From NCBI RefSeq assembly GCF_000021865.1, contig NC_014034.1, positions 1,590,001 to 1,622,000 of the forward strand: a DNA stretch of 32,000 bases, read 5' to 3'. The notes under the pieces were generated by a model. That model saw only the letters and a list, made by a program, of their open reading frames with translations, searched no databases and was not told the origin of the DNA. This DNA is from Rhodobacter capsulatus SB 1003 (lineage in GTDB: Bacteria > Pseudomonadota > Alphaproteobacteria > Rhodobacterales > Rhodobacteraceae). A program made the position numbers and the translations under genes. Shown one piece after another: positions 26,678-32,000 of the stretch (positions are counted from its first letter, which is position 1; each line of letters begins with the position of its first letter).

Positions 26678-26752
26678 GCTTTGGCCGTGTTGATTTTGTT
26701 CCGAAAGTCGTGCAACCATAGGTAGAGCACCGGGTATTCTGGAGGAGGCGAG

Positions 26753-27274
26753 ATGATGCTGACGAACTCCGCCGCGAAGTTTTCCTTTCTGCTCCGTCGG
26801 GCCGATGCGCTTGCGTGGGAGCATCTTCCGAACCGGATGAACGGGTTTCAGCGGTTTCTGTTGATGACCTGGTTGATCTCTGCGGCGTTCTGGCCGCTGG
26901 TGCTGCCTCTGGGCGGGCCTGCGTCATCGGGGGCGGCATTGCTGGAGGTGCTGGCGTTTTTTCTTTTGCATCTGGGACTTGCGGTTGTCGTGCTGGCGGT
27001 TTGGGCGCGGTTGCGGGCAAAGCGGCGCATCCCGGTGCCGGTCGAGGCGCAGCTGGAAGATCTTGGGGAAAGTCTGGTCTGGACGATGGGCAGGCGCCCC
27101 CCGCGCCTGCTTGCGCCCGAGGCGATCCGTCAGGTGCGTCTGGGGCCGGACCATGTCTTCGTGGAAGCGCCACCAGAGCTGATCATCATCCCGAGGCCCG
27201 TCTTCGGGACGGCGCAGGCTGCGGAAGCCTTTGTGATGCGATGGGAAAAGCGTCGCAGCATGTGTTTCCTGTAA
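26753..27274 (+). CDS. Hypothetical membrane protein, YcxB-like architecture (two N-terminal TM helices plus a soluble C-terminal domain)
   Basis: GGAGGAGG RBS 4-6 nt upstream of ATGATG. Two hydrophobic helices (FLLMTWLISAAFWPLVLPL and LEVLAFFLLHLGLAVVVLAVWA), then RLRAKRR. Codon usage has noticeably more T-ending and G/T-rich codons than the neighbours. The family call is tentative. Confidence 0.55.
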   Translation: MMLTNSAAKFSFLLRRADALAWEHLPNRMNGFQRFLLMTWLISAAFWPLVLPLGGPASSGAALLEVLAFFLLHLGLAVVVLAVWARLRAKRRIPVPVEAQLEDLGESLVWTMGRRPPRLLAPEAIRQVRLGPDHVFVEAPPELIIIPRPVFGTAQAAEAFVMRWEKRRSMCFL

Positions 27275-27334
27275 AAGAAACCCCCCGGGCGATCCCCTGC
27301 GGCAAACCCGATGCCGATGGGATCCCCCGGGGGG
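27271..27334 (-). terminator. Intrinsic terminator for folE2 (possibly bidirectional with the YcxB-like ORF)
   Basis: A 16-bp stem (ccccccgggcgatccc at 27281-27296 pairs with gggatcccccgggggg at 27319-27334, one mismatch). On the minus strand it is followed by UUUCUUUUAC (27271-27280). Confidence 0.6.
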
Positions 27335-27374
27335 CGCGGGTCACGCGAAGGGAGGGGGCGCCCTCCGCAACGCG

Positions 27375-28466
27375 TCACCCGGCATGCACAAGCGATGCGA
27401 ACAGTTTCGGATCAAGGCTCGCGCTGGCGAAAGTGGGGCCTTCGGTCAGCACCGCCACCGCATCGTGGCTGTGCAGGCTTTCCTGATGGCTGGCGATGAC
27501 GCGGAAATCGCCCACCCGCGGCTCGGCCATCAGCCCCGCCGCGAAAGAGCGCACCGCATCTTCGACAAAGATCGGATTGGCGGCGTTCAGTTCCGCAAAG
27601 GCCTGTTCGTCCTCGCGCTTCACCATCACCTGGGTTTCCGTCGGCACATTCGCCCGGGCAATCTCGATCAGGTCTTCGAACCACAGCGTCTTGCCCGGCT
27701 CGATCACCGCCGAAATCCGCGCCACCGAACGCTGCGAATGCGGCGTTGCCAGACGGCCGCGGCGGATGCGGGCATCTTCCGACAGCTCCAGCGAGCAGGG
27801 GCAGGTCGAGGAATAGACGTAGTCGAGATGCACGATCTTGGTGCGCACCCCCGCCTGTTCCACCAGCTCCAGCGCGATATCGTAATATTGCCAGCCGCGC
27901 AGACCCGAGCGCAGGCTCTCCACCTGCAGGGGCAGCGAGAAGCGCATCATCAGCCGCGCGTCGAAGCTTTCCAGATGGTCGATATAATCATCCAGCGCCG
28001 CCGCCATCACCTCGAAGGAAAATTCGCTTTCCGAATGGGCATAGAAGCTGCGCAGGATGCGCGACATGTTGATGCCCTTCTTCTCGGCCTCAAGGCTGAC
28101 GGTGCCGGTGACCGAGGTTTCGAGCATCACATCGCCGCCGTCGCGCAGCTTGTAGCGGATCGGCAGGCGGAAGTTCGAGATGCCGACATGCTCGATCCGG
28201 GTTTTCGCGCCGCGGATCAGCGAGGCGGGACCGTTCTGCAGATCGGGCATCGCGGCCTTGTAGGCGTCATCGGGGCGGAATTCGGCGTCATAGACGCGGG
28301 CCAGCTCCGGATAGGGGCCGGGCACCGGGGTGAAAAGTCGGGCAATCGCCGGATCAAGCGCCGCCACCTCGGCCGGGTGCGCCTGAGCCACAAAGGCCCG
28401 CAGCAGCTCAAGCGCGGCCTTGGCTTCCGCCGTGTCGGGCGTGTCGATGCGTCCGTGGATATTCAT
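27375..28466 (-). CDS. folE2: GTP cyclohydrolase I type 2 (FolE2 / MptA family)
   Basis: 363 aa from the ATG at 28464-28466 (AGGGAG RBS). Contains HVGISNFRLPI, KGINMSRI, YSSTCPCS, ATPHSQRS and the C-terminal HQESLHSHDAVA motifs of the DUF198/FolE2 family. The 76 upstream codons in the track ORF are not needed. Confidence 0.88.
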   Translation of the reverse strand: MNIHGRIDTPDTAEAKAALELLRAFVAQAHPAEVAALDPAIARLFTPVPGPYPELARVYDAEFRPDDAYKAAMPDLQNGPASLIRGAKTRIEHVGISNFRLPIRYKLRDGGDVMLETSVTGTVSLEAEKKGINMSRILRSFYAHSESEFSFEVMAAALDDYIDHLESFDARLMMRFSLPLQVESLRSGLRGWQYYDIALELVEQAGVRTKIVHLDYVYSSTCPCSLELSEDARIRRGRLATPHSQRSVARISAVIEPGKTLWFEDLIEIARANVPTETQVMVKREDEQAFAELNAANPIFVEDAVRSFAAGLMAEPRVGDFRVIASHQESLHSHDAVAVLTEGPTFASASLDPKLFASLVHAG

Positions 28467-28675
28467 GGCGTCTCCCTTTCGCCTGTCGCGCAAGTTTCGA
28501 TATGGGAGTGAGACGCGGAAAGTCCAACCGAAGTTGCACAAGAAACGACGAAAGAGCCCCGGAAATCGTCGGACCGGCAATTTGTGCCGGGCAAGCACGG
28601 AAAAAAGAGGAAAGGCGTTCTGTTTCCCCGCTTCCGAGACCCCCGCAATTTCAGAGCCTTGCGCCGGGGCGGGGC

Positions 28676-29875
28676 TCAGCCCGCCTCGCCGCATTCGCCC
28701 AAAGCGACTTCCAGCGCCGAGCGGATATCCTCCACCAGATCGGCCGTATCCTCGATGCCGAAGGAAATCCGCACCAGCCCGGGGGTGATGCCGATCAATG
28801 CCCGGTCTTCATCGGTCAGGTTCTTGTGCGTCGTCGTTGCCGGATGCGTGGCAATCGATTTCGCATCGCCGAGGTTGTTCGAGATCGACACCACATCCAG
28901 CGCATCCAGGAAGCGGAAGGCCACCTCCTTGCCGCCTTCGAAATCGATCCCCAGCATCGTGCCGCCCGCGCCCATCTGCGCCATCGCCAGCGCGTGCTGC
29001 GGATGGCTGGGCAGGCCCGGATAGATCACCCGGTTCACATGCGGATGGCCGTCGATCGCTTCGGCGACGGCCTTGGCCGAGGCCGCCTGTGCCCGCACCC
29101 GCAGATCCAGCGTCTGCAGGCCATTGAGCAAGAGCCAGGCATGAAACGGGCTCATCGCGCCGCCGGTGTGCTTGACATAGGTTTCCAGCGGGCCGCGGAT
29201 GAAGTCGCGCGTGCCGCAGACGACCCCGCCCAGCACCCGGCCGCCGCCGTCGATGTGTTTCGTCGCCGAATAGACGATGACATCGGCGCCAAGGTCCACG
29301 GCGCGCGAAAAGATCGGGCTGGCAAAGGCGTTGTCGACGACGACGAGGGCGCCGACCGCATGGGCGATCTCGGAGACGCCCTTGATGTCGATCACCTCAA
29401 GCCCCGGATTGGACACGCTTTCAAAGAAGCAGATCTTCGTGGTCGCCTTGACCGCCCCGCGCCAGTTTTCAAGATCGGCACCGTCGATCAGCGTCACCTC
29501 GACCCCGAAACCCGCCAGCACCTTGAGCACATGCAGGCAGGACCCGAACATCTGCCGCGCCGCCACCACATGATCGCCGGTCTTCAGACCGCAGCTCAGC
29601 GCGCCGTTGATCGCCGCCATGCCCGAGGCGCAGGCAAAGGCATCCTCGGTCCCCTCGATCGCGGCCATCCGGTCTTCGAACATCCGCGTCGTCGGGTTGC
29701 CGTAGCGGGCATAGATGAATTCATCCTCACCGGCCTCGATGAAGCGGGCCTCGGCGGCCCCGGCCGAGGGGTAGATGAACCCCTGCGTCAGAAACAGCGC
29801 TTCGGCCATTTCGCCGAACTGGCTGCGCCGGATCCCCTCGTGGACCAGTTTCGTGCGTGTGCGCCACTCGCTCAT
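28676..29875 (-). CDS. metZ: O-succinylhomoserine sulfhydrylase (Cys/Met-metabolism PLP enzyme)
   Basis: MSEWRTRTKLVHEGIRRSQFGEMAEALFLTQGFIY...YARYGNPT...YSATKHIDGGGR (PLP-Lys)...SLGD/NLGDAKSIATHPATTTH...RISFGIED. The N-terminal WRxxT...RS.F.E block is typical of MetZ. ATG at 29873-29875 with a GGAG RBS. Confidence 0.85.
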   Translation of the reverse strand: MSEWRTRTKLVHEGIRRSQFGEMAEALFLTQGFIYPSAGAAEARFIEAGEDEFIYARYGNPTTRMFEDRMAAIEGTEDAFACASGMAAINGALSCGLKTGDHVVAARQMFGSCLHVLKVLAGFGVEVTLIDGADLENWRGAVKATTKICFFESVSNPGLEVIDIKGVSEIAHAVGALVVVDNAFASPIFSRAVDLGADVIVYSATKHIDGGGRVLGGVVCGTRDFIRGPLETYVKHTGGAMSPFHAWLLLNGLQTLDLRVRAQAASAKAVAEAIDGHPHVNRVIYPGLPSHPQHALAMAQMGAGGTMLGIDFEGGKEVAFRFLDALDVVSISNNLGDAKSIATHPATTTHKNLTDEDRALIGITPGLVRISFGIEDTADLVEDIRSALEVALGECGEAG

Positions 29876-30016
29876 CGTCGTCTCCCCGGGATCGTGCGGA
29901 ATTTCTTCGGATAAGCCGCTGTTTGGCATGGGTCAAGGCCGGGACCCGTTCAAACCTTTAAGAGAATCACATGCGCCCGGAAAATGACCAGCGCAACAGA
30001 CCCGAGGAGGTGCCCA

Positions 30017-31897
30017 ATGAAAGTCGTATCCATCGTAGGCCCATCGCAGGCCGGCAAGACCACGCTTGCCGAGGCGCTGGCCACGCTCGAAGGGGCCAAA
30101 CCGCGCAAACATGTGCTTTTCGGCGAGACCGCCGTAACGCGCTTCGCTTTCATGGGGGAAGACTGGGCGCTGCTGGAGGCGCCCGGGGGCGCCGACCATC
30201 TGCCGCAGCTGGGTCCGATGCTGGCCGCCTCGGATGCCGTCGTTTTGTGCGTTCCCGCCGAGACCGAGGCCGCGGTGCTCTGCGCGCCCTATCTGCGGCT
30301 GGTCGAGGCCGCGGCCCTGCCGACCTTCATCTTCATCAACAAGATCGACATCGCGCAGGACCGCACCAGTGAAATCGTGGCGGCGTTGCAGGCCTTTTGC
30401 CCGCATGGAATCGTGCTGCGGCAGATCCCGATCCGCAAGGACGGCCATGTGATCGGCGCGGTCGATCTGATTTCCGAACGCGCCTGGGAATATCACGATC
30501 ACGCCCGGTCGTCGCTGATGGAACTGCCCGAGAGCATCCGCGACCGCGAGGCCGAGGCGCGGGCGGAACTGCTCGAACATCTGGCCGATTTCGACGAGGC
30601 GCTTTTGACCGAACTGATCGAGGATCAGGCCCCGATGACCGACGAGGTCTATGAGGTCTCGACCAAGGTGCTGCAACACCACGATCTTCTGCCCGCGCTG
30701 CTGGGCTCGGCCAGCCATGGCAACGGCATGATGCGGCTGATGAAAAGCCTGCGCCATGAAGTGCCGGACGTGGCCGAGACGCGCGCACGCATCGGCGCGC
30801 TGGCGGTGGGGGCGCTCGCTGATACGGTCAAGCATCTGGGCAAGACGGTGCTGATCCGCGCGCTGGCCGAGGGGGTCGCGCCCGGGGCGAAGCTTTGCGG
30901 CGCGGCCGTGGGCTCGATTGTCGATGTCGATGGCAAGACCCAGTTGGGGGCGCTGAAGCCGGGCGAGATCGGGCTGACGGTGAAGACCGATCACCTGAGC
31001 CTGAGCGGGCCGCTTTACACCGCCGAAGGCATCGTGCCGAACCCGGACTGGATGGCGGCGCATGCGGCGAACCACCGGCTGATCCTGGAACCGGAAAACG
31101 AGCGCGACGAGACCCGGCTGGCGGCGGCGCTGCCGAAGCTTCTGGAAATCGACCCCGGGCTGAGCCTTGGCACCGATCCGGCGACGGGCAAGACCGTGCT
31201 GGGCACGCAGGGCCCGCTGCATCTGCGCCGGGTGCTGGAAAAGCTCGAGGCGGATTTCGGGCTGAAACTGGCCACGGCGCCCCTGGTCGCGGCGCTTTGC
31301 GAAACCATCACCGGCACGGCGCAAAAGCAATACCGGCACCGCAAGCAATCGGGCGGCGCGGGGCAGTTTGCCGATGTGGTGATCGAGGTCAGCCCGCTCG
31401 GCCGTGGCGAGGGCTTCCGCTTCACCGAAACGGTCAAGGGCGGCGCGGTGCCGCGCAATTACATCCCCTCGGTCGAGGCGGGCGCGCGCGAGGCTTTGGC
31501 GGCGGGGCCGAAGGGCCATCCGGTCGTTGATCTGGCGGTGAACCTGTCCGACGGCAAGCATCACGCGGTCGACAGTTCCGACCACGCCTTCCGCACCGCG
31601 GGCAAGATGGCGCTGCGCGAGGCGATGGCGGAAATCGGCACCGTCGTTTTGCAGCCGGTCAGCAAGGTGGTGATTTCGGTGCCCTCGACCTATGCGGGCG
31701 GGCTTTCGCCGCTGGTTTCGGGGCTCAAGGGGCAGGTGCTGGGCTTTTCGGCCGATCCGGCGGCGAAGGGCTGGGATCTGTTCGAGGCGCTGATGCCGGC
31801 CGCGTCCTTGCCCGAGCTCTTCCAGTCGCTTGGCGGCGCCACCCGCGGCACGGCCAGTTTCGCTGCCACGCTCGATCACTACGAAGAGCAGTATTGA
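30017..31897 (+). CDS. Elongation factor G-like translational GTPase paralogue
   Basis: About 626 aa from the ATG at 30017 (GAGGAGG at 30004-30010). P-loop GPSQAGKTT, NKID (G4), then EF-G domain II-V-like sequence (...QYRHRKQSGGAGQFADV..., ...GAVPRNYIPSVEAG..., ...DGKHHAVDSSDHAFRTAG...). Switch regions diverge from bona fide FusA. Confidence 0.85.
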   Translation: MKVVSIVGPSQAGKTTLAEALATLEGAKPRKHVLFGETAVTRFAFMGEDWALLEAPGGADHLPQLGPMLAASDAVVLCVPAETEAAVLCAPYLRLVEAAALPTFIFINKIDIAQDRTSEIVAALQAFCPHGIVLRQIPIRKDGHVIGAVDLISERAWEYHDHARSSLMELPESIRDREAEARAELLEHLADFDEALLTELIEDQAPMTDEVYEVSTKVLQHHDLLPALLGSASHGNGMMRLMKSLRHEVPDVAETRARIGALAVGALADTVKHLGKTVLIRALAEGVAPGAKLCGAAVGSIVDVDGKTQLGALKPGEIGLTVKTDHLSLSGPLYTAEGIVPNPDWMAAHAANHRLILEPENERDETRLAAALPKLLEIDPGLSLGTDPATGKTVLGTQGPLHLRRVLEKLEADFGLKLATAPLVAALCETITGTAQKQYRHRKQSGGAGQFADVVIEVSPLGRGEGFRFTETVKGGAVPRNYIPSVEAGAREALAAGPKGHPVVDLAVNLSDGKHHAVDSSDHAFRTAGKMALREAMAEIGTVVLQPVSKVVISVPSTYAGGLSPLVSGLKGQVLGFSADPAAKGWDLFEALMPAASLPELFQSLGGATRGTASFAATLDHYEEQY

Positions 31898-31917
31898 GCA
31901 CCTGACCCGAACGAAAA

Positions 31918-31939
31918 GGGCGGTCCCCCGGGACCGCCC
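31918..31939. terminator. GC-rich hairpin between the EF-G-like gene and a probable convergent gene entering from the right edge
   Basis: gggcggtc...gaccgccc, an 8-9 bp stem. On the minus strand it is followed by CUUUUCG. A TCA (minus-strand TGA) at about 31950 suggests a minus-strand gene ends just to the right, but too little of it is in the window to call. Confidence 0.45.
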
Positions 31940-32000
31940 CTTGCGATTTCCGCCCCGGTCAGCGGCTGATCGAGCGCTGCGTCTCGGCGCCGATCACCAC

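Noticed and set aside
26691-26712. Second LexA-like half-site cluster (GTTG-N5-GTTC at ~26688-26701 and GTTC-N7-CGTG at 26698-26712) in the same spacer
   Set aside because: The spacing or the second half-site does not match GTTC-N7-GTTC. Only the 26663-26677 site is an exact match.
28467-28675. Zur (zinc) box upstream of folE2
   Set aside because: No AT-rich palindrome of 15-19 bp of the Zur/Fur type is visible. The only palindromes are short GC-containing hairpins.
29876-30016. SAM-responsive riboswitch (SAM-II or SAM-SAH type) in the metZ 5' leader
   Set aside because: Reading the minus strand, I could not find the conserved pseudoknot elements I remember (a U-rich tract with GGCUU followed by a downstream AAAGCU). 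Only a fortuitous GGCTTAT is present. An Infernal scan would be needed to be sure.
1-32000. tRNA, rRNA, CRISPR arrays, prophage or integrative-element boundaries, toxin-antitoxin pairs and known defence genes
   Set aside because: - All intergenic regions are 350 bp or shorter, and none shows a tRNA cloverleaf signature (for example a GTTCGAATC T-loop).
- There are no regularly spaced short repeats.
- No integrase or transposase-like translations appear in any frame.
- No small paired ORFs with TA-like features were seen.

Overview
This is a high-GC (roughly two-thirds G+C by eye), densely coding chromosomal segment that looks alphaproteobacterial (Rhodobacteraceae-like). Most genes are housekeeping or catabolic. 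Gene order:

- **1-4991 (+):** an operon-like run of a partial DAO-family flavoenzyme, an unknown polytopic membrane protein, an ALDH7-type (piperideine-6-carboxylate / aminoadipate-semialdehyde) dehydrogenase and a class-I aminotransferase.
- **4988-5431 (-):** convergent aroQ.
- **5503-11059:** an AraC-family regulator divergent from an APC permease, an ornithine-cyclodeaminase-family protein, RidA and a second DAO flavoenzyme.
- **11139-13212 (+):** a signal-peptide CIA30 protein, an unknown secreted protein and a PACE-family efflux protein.
- **13332-19477 (+):** an isolated dcw fragment, murE-murF-mraY-(small membrane ORF)-murD.
- **19548-22322 (+):** a sulfotransferase-like gene, a GFA-family gene, purM and purN.
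- **22683-23837 (+):** rnd, bracketed by two direct copies of a hairpin-rich repeat of about 207 bp.
- **24064-26622 (-):** a uvrD-like helicase.
- **26753-27274 (+):** a YcxB-like membrane ORF.
- **27375-29875 (-):** folE2 and metZ.
- **30017-31897 (+):** an EF-G-like GTPase.

I found no rRNA, tRNA, CRISPR array, transposase, integrase or recognisable defence or toxin module, so I cannot support a clear novel system. The observations most worth follow-up are:

1. A sharply bounded block of about 260 bp and about 45% GC that stays in frame inside uvrD.
2. The repeat pair flanking rnd.
3. A candidate D-lysine/pipecolate to 2-aminoadipate catabolic island that includes an uncharacterised membrane protein.
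4. The dcw fragment, truncated on both sides, with an embedded small membrane ORF and a 346-bp structured spacer.
5. An exact GTTC-N7-GTTC (alphaproteobacterial LexA-type) box upstream of uvrD.

All functional calls rest on my reading of the translated ORFs and on remembered family signatures. No database search was run.
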